From Vicugna vicugna (lineage: Eukaryota), in the NCBI GenBank assembly GCA_013265495.1, contig MU058009.1, positions 2,606,001 through 2,670,000 of the forward strand: a stretch of 64,000 nucleotides of DNA, in the 5' to 3' direction. Under the pieces are notes generated by a model. The model saw only the letters and a program-made list of their open reading frames with translations. It was not told the DNA's origin and ran no database searches. The translations under genes and the position numbers were made by a program. Below are positions 1-10,400 of the stretch, piece by piece; the stretch's first letter is position 1; each line of letters begins with the position of its first letter.

Positions 1-49
1 GGAAATCTGGACTTGGCCTCTCCTAGCTGGAAAAGTCACCCGAAATTCT

Positions 50-262
50 AGAACTGCACTGTCCGATATAGGACAACTAGGAATATGTGGCTCTTTAGGT
101 TTAAATTCATTGAAACTAAATAAAATTTAAAATTCAGTTCTTCAGTCACACTAGGCACATTTCCATCTACTCAAAAGTCACACGTGGCCGGGGCTTCCAA
201 GCTGGAAGCCCAGATGTAGAACACGTCCGTGTCCCAGAAAGAGTAGTAACGCGGTGCTGGCC
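50..262. mobile_element. hAT-Charlie MITE (MER3/MER33-like)
   Basis: ctgcactgtcc...tgtggct...aaattcagttcttcagtcacactag...cacgtggc pattern typical of the family. Confidence 0.65.
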
Positions 263-1859
263 TAGAATCCCAGGCCAGCAGTTGTATCGTTGCCTGCACT
301 TTCCAAACTCCCCGCCGTCATCTTCCTAACTTTGAAAAACCTGTGTGAGTGCAACTCTGAATGAGGAAGCTGCAGACAAGACGCGAGTGATGGAGACAGA
401 AGTTGCTAATTAGAGTTCTCACTCTTCCCTGGAGAGTACTTCTCGTCCACGACTCAGGCTTCTGTCCTAACCCACATCTCTGAGTTGTAAAATTTTCAGA
501 GAGAGATCTTACCAAGAGCAGAAGTGGATCCACTCACCTATTGTGTTTATTTATGAAGCAAAGTTTAAGGATTTGAGGCAAATGTAATAGGTAATCCAGT
601 TTTGTCTTTAGACAAATTTCTAAGTCACTGCTTCCTTCTTGGAGGGCAGACTACTGGTCAACTAACAGCGTACAGCGGGCAGGTAGTTGGCCAGTATGCA
701 TCCAGCGACTCCATGAGGTCAATAAATGGTCCCAGATCAGGAACACTCTTATTTTTGCAGAGGACAAATTCTACTGACAAATAAGGCAACAAGATAAGCT
801 AACACCTGTAAATCTTTGAATTGAGGAAAAAGAGTTAGCAAATGAAACTTCTCATGGAAGCAGCTTTCCAAAACCAATAAGGAGATTTTTCTTAAAATTT
901 TCCCCGTTGTTTCTATGCACCTACTGCACTGTGACTTAACTTTTCATTGGGTTTCTTCTCCCTCTGTATTTTTCCATTTGGTTTTCACAGAATTGAGCTC
1001 TATGGCTTTTTCTAAAATGATTCTATATACCATTTAAACCTTAAATCACCCCATTTTATTAGAATGCCTTATAAAGTGTTCATTATTTCAATTAATAAAA
1101 GTATATCCTTTTCAATGATTGCCTTGGGGCATGACTACAAAGTTAAAACACTCAGAAAGTTATATAAAACTATAAAAGCCTTCAGCCAATGACAAATGTG
1201 CTCCTTAGGCATTAAGCCATTTTAAGTAATTTTAAGGCAGCTTTTACAAAATACCCTCTTACGGAGAGGTCAGCTGAAGAAAGAGAAATGTTGGCACAAA
1301 CTCTGAAGGAAGCCAAACTAGGGCCTTCACCAGGACTGAAGTGCAGAAGGACTGATTAATCTGAACAAGAATTTTCCATGAAGAGGCCTCTGCGGCTTCC
1401 AGGTCCCTCTTCTCCAGGTGGCATCTGGGACCTGTAAGTAGGCGTGCCCCGCCGGAGCTCAAATGGCTGCAGTGCTGCGGAGGGAGAGAGGCAGTCACCA
1501 GGGTAACCCGATCTCAAGCCACTGGGGACTTTACAGGCATGGTCAACACTTGCAGTTCTCCGCAGAAGCAATTGGCAGCTTATTCAGACTCTCCAAGACG
1601 AGTTCAATCTCATATTTTGAGAGTTTCAGAGGTGAGGAAAACAAATCTGATGAGTTTTCATTTCCCTGAATGCCAGGCAAACATTAGCATCGTGTGTTGT
1701 CACCACTGATTTCCATGCAGCTCACTAGAGGCTCATCACCATTCCCAGCTCCTCGCCTTCACCTCTTTGCTGTAACAATAATGAGCTCGGAAAGAGAGGC
1801 TCTGAGAAGCCTCTTTGGTTTTAATCAGCCACTCAAAGTAACTGGTTACAAATAACCTC

Positions 1860-2045
1860 ACTTCTTGTTATGCATATTATTCACGGCGGTGCTCAGACCA
1901 CCTGACTAAGTACAGTCACATGCTTATAAAAAAGCACGTTCCCAGGCTCCACCTGAGACCCAGAGGCTCGGAATCTCTGGAGAGAGGTGCCAGAAATCTG
2001 CATTCTAATAGGCTCTCTTCCATGAGCTTCTTGCAAATTTGAGAC
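1860..2045. mobile_element. MER5-like hAT DNA transposon relic
   Basis: ggaatctctgg...gaaatctgcattctaataggctc motif; similar relics at about 20430-20525 and 24020-24190. Confidence 0.55.
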
Positions 2046-2800
2046 AGAATGGATGGAAGATAAAGAGGGTTTCTATGCCTTTTGCTATGAAGAAACAAGA
2101 TGACTCAGAAATGCAGCTAAATCTCTGAACCAGAACAAAGAAAAATTAATAATTGAGAAATAACTCTGGGCAAAAAGCGGAAGCAGAAGAATTTTAAAGC
2201 TATAAATACTTTTAAGGAGTTTAGTGACTTGGCAAGCCCTTGGTCATCCTGTGTCCCTCATTTTCCAAGCCAGCTCCACGTTCAGATATCTTTTCACCAG
2301 CAAGCATTTGTCTTCTCTTTCTTTCCATTTCTCATTTGTAAAATGAGAAATAGAAATTCCTGTCTTGTATACCACATAATGTTTTTGTAACGATGGAGCG
2401 ATGGATCGAATGAGGCATGTGAAAGCAGTTTGCAAACTATAAAGTGCTTTACAAGCATGATGAGGTTCAGGGAATAGTGAATTGTATTATTCTTTCATTG
2501 GCTAATTTTTCATCATTTTGGGAAAATCAGTTACTAATTCAATCGTCTCTTCTGTGAATTAGGGCTATGTCTTTGGATCATGAGTGAACTATATTATGGC
2601 ACAATCAGTTCATTCATTGTTTGTCTTTGCAATTGAGTTAACATGTGGTAATTTACACTGATTGTGGAGACACTCAGATAAGATGTGTTACTGAGGGCTC
2701 TTCACAAATGCAGACACAATCCAAATCGTCATCCCTCTGAGCGTCCTTTATTTTGTCTCTTTTCTGCCGTGCATCTGAAATTATCTGTTTAAGGCTCACT

Positions 2801-3085
2801 GACACAGAAAACAAACTATAGTTGCCAAAGGGATAAGGGTGCAGGGGAGTGATAAATTAGGAGTTTGGGATTAACGGACACACGCTACTATATGTAAAAT
2901 AAACAATAAGGACTACTCTACAGCACAGGGAACTATATTCAATTTCTTGTAATAAGCTATAGTGGAAAAAAATCTGAAAATACGTGTATATATATGTATG
3001 CATATGGATAACTGAATCGCTTTGCTGAACGCCTGAAACTAACATTGTAAATCAACTACACTTCAATCAAAAATAAAATTTTAAA
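2801..3085 (+). mobile_element. L1 3' end
   Basis: gataaattaggagtttgggattaac...agcacagggaactatattcaat...aactacacttcaat followed by an A-rich tail; same family as 34090-34355. Confidence 0.8.
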
Positions 3086-3175
3086 AACTAAGTTATCTAT
3101 TTAGTTTTAAAATAAGTAATACATTTGTAAGAATCAAAAATCAAAAGGTATAAAAAGTCTCTTTAACCTCATGAT

Positions 3176-3283
3176 TTTTTTTTTAATGATATTCTATTTT
3201 TTTTTTAATGGAGGTACTGGGGATTGAACCCAGGACCTCATGCATGCTAAGCATGCGCTCTGCCACTGAGCTATCCTCTCCCC
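3176..3283 (-). mobile_element. tRNA-Ala-derived camelid-type SINE (Vic-1-like)
   Basis: Minus strand reads GGGGAGAGGATAGCTCAGTGG (A box), GCATGCTTAGCATGC (anticodon arm, AGC), GGTTCAATCCC (B box), then an A tail; imperfect flanking duplication aagtctct.taa. Confidence 0.85.
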
Positions 3284-3289
3284 ACAAGT

Positions 3290-3790
3290 CTCTCTAAACT
3301 TCCATCTCCCACCCATCTAATCCCCACCCACCTTGGTAAGCAGGTTGCTGTCACTGATTTCCCGTGAATACTTCCGGAGATGGCTCTCACGCGTACACAA
3401 GCAGGTGTAAATCTGTACCATCCCTCCTTTGCTTTTCTGCACGACGGCAGCAGACTCCATACACGGCTCTGTGCTTTGCTTGTTTCACTTAACAATAGAT
3501 CCTGGAGATCTGTCCCTAACACAGGATAAAGAGTTTCCTCGATCTTTCTCACAGCTGCAGTAAATTCCATTGAATAGCTGAGCTATAATTCATCTAACCA
3601 GTCTCATCGTGATAAAATTTTAGGTGGATTCCAATCTTTTGTCATTATAAATAATACTGTAGTGAATAAACCTGAACATTCGTTATTTTCCATTTGTGTG
3701 AGTATGTCTGGAAGATAAATTCCATATGGCTTCTTTTCCAGCCTCTGAATGTTTTGGTTGATTTTTTGGGACAATTCCCAAGTTGTACAC
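3290..3790 (-). mobile_element. Old L1M (L1ME-like) 3' fragment
   Basis: ttgtttcacttaacaatagatcctggaga...tttaggtggattccaatcttttgtcattataaataatactgtagtgaata pattern. Confidence 0.65.
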
Positions 3791-6234
3791 ATCTTTCTTC
3801 AATTAGGGAAACCAACATTGTACACAATACGCTGAGAATAATCTTGCCAGTGCTGAATATAGCAAGATCGCTTTTCTCTCTTTTGTTCTTGCAAGTCAGA
3901 TCTGCCAGAATTATACGCCAGTTTTCAAAAACGGTCTAACAACAGTTCTATAAAGTAGTTATTAAAAATAATGATCTAACTGATTGCTGAAGAATATTAA
4001 ATATCTAAGTACCATGATTTCTTGTTATTTGACTGCTATTTGCTTTTATACCTTTTTTTCCCCTCTTTAACGCATGTTCTTTGTTTTGGTTTCTATCTTT
4101 ACGCAAGGGTTTGATTAAGGTCAAGGCTGCCCAATACATAACAAGGAAAGCAATTATGAACAGGGGTAGCTTGGGAAAATATTATTTTAACTGTCAAGTA
4201 TGTATGGGGCTAACTCTTCTGACTTGAAATAGTTGGTCTTACTATCTGATCATATGCCTTTGCTTTAGAAATAAAATCATCGCAAAAATATAGAACGTCA
4301 TCAGCCCAGGAATTCGGCAGCTATAGCCTGTTAGTGTTGCAGGCGTCGGCAATGGCTTAAGGATTTTCAGTTTTCTTTAACGTTGGTTAATGCTCAATGA
4401 TTCAAAGTGACTGAGCAGCAGGCAGAAATAGCCACTAACTCTAAGGAAGTTTCGAGGTATTTACATATAGCTGGCTGATAGAAAATAGCGGAAGGCAGGA
4501 TTGAACACCCAAAAATGTTTTACAAAGAACTAAGCAAAATGGCATGATGAAGAATTAGAAAGTCATTTTCACCTTTTCTCAAAGGTAAGACTCCTTTACC
4601 CTATCTGTACCTTTTGTCTCTAAATTCAACCTCATAGATCCTGGAAGTGTCAACCTCGATCTATTGAGGGCAGCAGCCAAGAGCAAAAGATGAAAAACAA
4701 CCCGTACGAGAATCATTTCTCCTGCAAGGATAGGTTATTGCCCCATACATCAGTCTTTACGGCTTGAGACGGTTGCAAACTTTTTATTTGGGGATGTTAA
4801 CTCGATCTCACGATACACGAGTTATCACTTATCCTCACCAAATTTGTCAATTGATATGTTTGCCTTATTGTTTATCTTTAATGTTCTCTGAGCACTCTGG
4901 TGTAAATAATTTCTATCAGATCTGAAAGGCTGTATCCATAGTCCAATGTCAATGATTTGAATCACAGTTAACGCATTTTTAAAAATTTACTTTTATCAGA
5001 TACTCCTACAGACTCTCCATTTTGGGGCAACCTCTTATTCTTCAGTTTCACCCTTATATACATATATATATATATATATANNNNNNNNNNNNNNNNTATA
5101 TATATTTTAGCATGCATCTCAAAAGAAGACAATTTTTTCTCACATAATCACAATACCATTGTCCCATCAAACAAAATTAACAGAGCTTCTCCAAGTGAGC
5201 CTTCATTTCATAATATTTTACTGTGGCTCTGTAATTCAGTGTGCGTGTTCCAGCAAAGTGTAGGTGATACATCCTTGGTTTCCCCAAATGATCAGTAAAT
5301 CTGGTCATTCCAAGATGAGCAACTGCTGATGCCGTGATTGTGGGGTTAGTCACCACACCGTGATCAGCACCCTGTCTGGTCTGCAACCCATCCCCTCAAA
5401 AGGAGTGGGACCCAGAGTGAGCTCTTACGGCAGGTCTGGAAACATGTCAAGTCTCCAGCAACCTCCTTCATGTTAAATGAAACGAGGGATTTAAAAGGTG
5501 ATTTGGACCTCGTTTCTGGACTGCTGGACGCAGAACCCTTTTTACCTCAAAATCGTACAGACATCATCAAAAGTCCCTGTAGGGCAGGCATCCAGGACCT
5601 GTGTTGAATGCTGCTGACTGTCCTTTTAAGGAGATGTGCCAGAAAATGTGATCGGGAACAGCTTCTCATAGAAAGTCGTCAGGGAGAGAGCCACGCAGAC
5701 ACCTTCAGAATTCGGCTTACCAGCTCACCTTCTGAGAATAAAAGTACTGAGTGTTAGCGTACACTTATCTCAAGCAGCCATTTGCGGAAGGAATAGTGTT
5801 GTGAGGGAAAACACTGTAAACAACTCATTTTCAACAACTGGACAAATATTTGGTGGCGTTTGAGCAGTATGTGTCCAGTCTTGTACTTCAGAGAGACCTC
5901 TGGAAAGAGGCAGGCTTCAGGTTCAAACTCCGTTGTTTCCACCTATTTTCTATGCGACCTGAAACAAATTACCTAGTCTCTCTAAGCCTCAGAGAGTTGT
6001 TGTGAGTACTAAGTTAAAAATTAAATAGAGTAATTTCCAGCTTCTCATATACCTCGAAGTTGGAAAGGATGTTCCCCAAATAGCTAGCATGAGGATGCTG
6101 GTCTCCTGAAAACAGTAACCCCGTTGTCAACTGATGTGTTGTCTTCTGGTTCTGCGTGGCACTCTCCTCTGAGCTTGGTGACCTTAAGATAGTCCTTTAA
6201 AGTTTCTGTGAAGATCAAGTTTCTGCAAAACAGT

Positions 6235-6830
6235 GGGCTACCATATGACCCAGAATTTCTACTTCTAAGTATATACTCAAGAGAAAGAAAAACATGTCCA
6301 CACAAAACTTGTGCACAAACGTCCGTGAAAGTGTTATTCGTAATAGTCCAAAAGTAAAAACAACCTAAGTCTCTATCAGCTGATGGCTGGATGAATTACA
6401 CGTGGTCTCTGTCCATGTAATGGAATATTATCTGGCACAAAGAAGGAATAAAGTACTAATTAAATGCTGCAACGTGGTTAGCCTAAGTCTGAAAATATAA
6501 AGCTTAGAGAAAGAAGCCAGTCACAAAAGACCTTATATTTTATGATCCCCTTTATGGGCAATGTCTAGAAAAGGCAAATCTAGAGCTCCAGAAAGGAAAC
6601 TAGGAGTTGCCTAAGGCTGGGAGGAAGAGGGTGGGGGAAACTGAGAGTGACTACTGAGTATGGTGGGGTTTTTTTTTTTTTTTGGCATAAATGAAAATGC
6701 TCTAAAACTGATTGTGAAAATGGTTGCACGACTCTGTGACTATACTAAAAACCATTTAATTGTACACTCCCAGTGGCTGAATTGTATGGAATGTGAACTA
6801 TATCTCAAAGCTGTTATATAAAAAAATAGA
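6235..6830 (+). mobile_element. Old L1M 3' end
   Basis: ccatatgacccag...atggaatattat...agaagccagtcacaaaaga...tgtatggaatgtgaactatatctcaa plus A tail. Confidence 0.8.
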
Positions 6831-6984
6831 ACAAAACAACAAGCAAAAAACCTGAAATAGACTTTGGGGTCCCAGAAAGCCCCTCTGACCCTGTGAGGCT
6901 CCACCTGAGAAGCTGGCTGGGCTCACTCTTCCACAGTTCTTTCTTCTTTTTTTTAGGTATCATCAATTTTATTTTATTTTATTT

Positions 6985-7375
6985 TTTTGAACTTCTGTTT
7001 TTCTAATTGAAGTACAGTCAGTTATAATGGGTCCATTTCTGGTGTACAGCACAATGTCCCAGTCATGCATGTACATACGTTATTCATTTTCATATTCTTT
7101 TCCATTAAAGGTTATTATAAGATATTGAATATAGTTCCCTGTACTATATGGAAGAAATTTTTTTAAATCTTTTTTTTGAGTGATTTATTTGTTTAGTTTT
7201 TTGTGTTTTTTTTGGAGGGGGTGGGGGAGGCAATTAGGTTTATTTATTTCTTTATTTTTAGAGGAGGTACTGGGGATTGAACCCAGGACCTTGTGCATGC
7301 TAAGCATGCACTCTATCACTTGAGCTATACCCTCCCCCTTAAAATCTATTTTTACATATAGGGGCTAACCTCTTC
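6985..7375 (-). mobile_element. L1 3' fragment interrupted by a SINE
   Basis: attgaagtacagtcagtt...atattgaatatagttccctgt; sequence resumes after the SINE at aaaatctatttttacatata. Confidence 0.75.
7170..7338 (-). mobile_element. tRNA-Ala-derived camelid-type SINE (Vic-1-like)
   Basis: gaggtactggggattgaacccaggaccttgtgcatgctaagcatgcactctatcacttgagctataccctcccc with T-rich tail side. Confidence 0.88.
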
Positions 7376-7789
7376 GGCATTTCTTAATTGAAACAACAGG
7401 CAAACATTGTCAATATAAGCCAAAGGGGGGAAAATGGCATATTAGTTTGTTCTACATCTTACCTTTAACTCAAAGGTTTTTAAGTAATTTAAAGCCAAGG
7501 GGTTCACAGATTACTTAGTCAACGTGTATTTAATAATGCACAGAATAACAAATAGGGAACCAAAATAAGGATCCCAGGAAGGACAGCTGGGAAGGGATGA
7601 GATTTGTAGCTACCTTGGCAGTCAGATCCAACCTAAACTGAAAGCTGAGACACAGAATAATTGCCACTGTCTATTTCCTACGAACTCTCTCTCCCCAGTT
7701 CTCCCTTTCTATTTGATTTTCATTCAGTTATCACTCTCCCCCATCTCCCAGCCCTTCAGTTCCGTGGGAGGTGCTGGTTGACTTAAGAC

Positions 7790-8180
7790 ACCCAGCACAT
7801 TTTATTTCTGCCCCTCTTCCCATCCCACCCCCACCTTATTGACTCAGGAGTGGGGATGTGACCTAAGTTGTTTAGCCAGAGTATCTCAAGACACTTGTTT
7901 GGAGGGCTGGGGCAGAGTTGTCTTTTCCCCTGGACAATTTCCTGAGCGGATGTAGGACGGAAGCCAAACGGTCGCAGACAACTCATTGTTAGCCTGTGGA
8001 TGAGGAGAGGAGGAGGACCAGGAGACTCACAGAGATCTGAGCTGCAGTCCTGCCTGGAGGCACGCCTGAGCTCTACATTGTCACCTCTAGATTTTTCCCA
8101 GTTACATAAGCCAATAATTACCATTTTTGTTTAAACCAGATTGAGTAGACATTTCTATTATTTACAGCCAAAAACATAAA
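7790..8180. mobile_element. Old MaLR LTR (MLT1-type)
   Basis: Ends in ccagttacataagccaataa...tttgtttaaaccagattgagt...ttacagccaaaa, characteristic of old MLT1 LTRs. Confidence 0.55.
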
Positions 8181-8374
8181 AATGAGACAATTCTAATAAA
8201 TTCTAAACTCAAATTGAAGCTTAATGTTTATTAAGATGCTTAGGACCATGCCTGACGTGTAGTAAATGCTATAGAAACGTTATAGTTATTATTACAGTGG
8301 AAGTGTTAGTATCACAAAGCAGAGAAAATAATGATGAGTAACTTATCAACTTAACAAAGCATTGTTTTGTTTTA

Positions 8375-8702
8375 TTTTTAGTTTTTTTAATTGAAGTATA
8401 GCCAGTTGACAATGTTGTATCAATTCCTGGTGTGCAGCGTAATGTTTCAGTCGTATGTACACATACGTATGTTCCTTTTCATGTTCTTTTTCATTGCAGG
8501 CTACTGCAAGGTATTGAATATAGTTCCCTGTGCTGCACAGTAGAAGTTTGTTGTTTATCTATTTTACATACAGTCGTTAGCATCTGCAAACCTTCAACTC
8601 CCAATTTATCATGTCCTGCCCCCTTTCCCCTTTGGTAACCAGAAGTTTGTTTTCTATGTCTGTGAGTCTGTTTCCATTTTGTAAATAAGTTCATTTACGT
8701 AC

Positions 8703-8768
<66 letters not shown>

Positions 8769-9035
8769 TTCCTTCCTTCCTTCCTTCCTTCCTTTTTCTT
8801 TCTTCCTTTCTTTCTTTTTTTCTTTCTTTCTTTTTAGATTTCACACGTAAGTGATATCATATGGTATTTTTCTTTCTCTTTCTGGTTTATATCACTTAGA
8901 ACAATGATCTCCAGGTCCATCCATTGCTGCAAATGGGATTATTTTATTATTTTTTATGGCTAAGTGGTATTCCATTGCATACATATACCACAATTTCTTT
9001 ATCCAGTCATCTGTTGATGGACATTTAGGTTGCAT
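8375..9035 (-). mobile_element. L1 3' UTR fragment with an internal microsatellite
   Basis: ttgaagtatagccagtt...tttggtaacc...ttagatttcacacgtaagtgatatcatatggtattt...ccagtcatctgttgatggacatttaggttg. Confidence 0.85.
8703..8834. repeat. Compound (TTTC)n(TTCC)n microsatellite
   Basis: Read directly; pure polypyrimidine tract of about 130 nt. Confidence 0.95.
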
Positions 9036-9569
9036 TGTTAACAAAAGGAAAATGAAAGAGAAGAGCATGGTTCCTCCCTCCACTATAAAAGTAGTACACA
9101 TCCACTACGGAAAACTGGGAAACACAGAAATACATTAAGAAGACTACAAACATCATTTACAATCCTACTCTCTAGAAAAAAACTGATACTTTGGTTTATT
9201 TTCTCTAAGTCTATTTAAAGGTCTAATTGAAATTATTCTATATATACAAATTTGCATTCTCTGCTTTTAAAATTTTTACCATATCCTATAAGCATTTTTC
9301 CATCTTTCACTCTCATTTTGGGTTATTTCCCTAGGATGGAGTCCTAGAAATGAAATAAGTGAGATTTATAGGGTTCTTTTGAACATGAAATGAGATAATG
9401 GATCCAAAAGACATTTGAAAATTGAACAGCACTATACAAATATGAGCTATTATTGTAATATCATTATCTCTTTGCCTAAACTTGCTCCTGGTCTGAATCC
9501 TCTATCTTGCTGAATTGTACTAGTGTGATGGCTACCTCCATAAACAACCAGCTGCAATTACCTACTGCC

Positions 9570-10400
9570 TTGTTTTGAGTACTTATCATATGCTATGCAT
9601 TGGGCTAAACCTGTGACTACTTCATCCATTAATCCTTTCATCTTTGTAAGATCCCTGCTAAAAAGGTGACATTATCCTTTTTCACAAAGAGAATTCTGAG
9701 CTTTGATGAAACTGAATCATTTAAGGTCACACAACCAGGAAATGTAGAGCAGGGATTCGAATCCTAAAATTCATCTGAGTCGAAAGTCCCTGCTTTAACC
9801 ACTTGTTATCTGCCATCAGGCTCTGCCTTTTCCCCAGTGTGCATTTCTGTATCCCTCAAGTCACTGAGTGGGGCACTTTCTGATCCCTGTGTCATTCTCC
9901 TCTGCGTTTCTACTTCTTCTGCCCTGGTTCAGGCTCTCATTGTGTCTTCCCTGGATGATTTCAACAGTCTCCTGCTCTGATGAATCCCCACTCTGTCCTC
10001 CTGCTGGCAGAGTGATTTTCCTAAGATGCAAATCTGACAATCATTTAGTGCTTCCCCATATCTGTCAAGATAAAGTTCATAATCATTAGTGAGCATCCTT
10101 TCTTCTCATGATCCCTCCTTTCTCTGTTGTTCCCATATGGTGTCAGGCTGCTTCATGCTTTCCTGTTCATGCCCAGACCCAGGACTAGCCATAGCTGCCT
10201 ACTTTGCCCAGGTGAGTCCTATCTTTCCCAACTCAGTTAAAGCACCTTTTTCTTTGGAAAGTTTTTCCTGTTATCATCACACTTTTTGACATTGAACAAA
10301 GAGCCTTTATTTATTAAGCAAATTGAAAACAAGAAGTAGACCTTATTTCACTTTATATCTCAAGCAAAGGACATGGTATGCTGCAAGTGCTAAATAAATA
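9570..10400. mobile_element. MIR followed by L2 fragments
   Basis: MIR-like aaggtcacacaaccaggaaatgtagagcagggattcgaatcc; L2-like cagagtgattttcctaagatgcaaatctgac and gtgctaaataaata. Confidence 0.55.

Larger units (their letters stand above)
538..5743. pseudogene. Possible decayed intron-containing pseudogene with protein-tyrosine-phosphatase-like motifs, fragments on both strands
   Basis: Exon-like segments, most with AG and/or GT boundaries: minus 805-538; plus 4108-4197, 4269-4584, 4638-about 4730, about 4888-4947, 5350-5497, 5631-5743. They carry stops and frameshifts; degenerate PTP-like motifs recognised by eye only. Confidence 0.35.

Noticed and set aside
3211..3283. tRNA-Ala-like sequence with A and B boxes (also near 7265, 36890, 51640)
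   Set aside because: Diverged, with A-rich tails and target-site duplications; these are SINE heads, not tRNA genes.
4108..4197. YYFNCQ resembling a SMYD post-SET motif
   Set aside because: Spacing to the preceding SET motifs does not fit and no other SET features are present.
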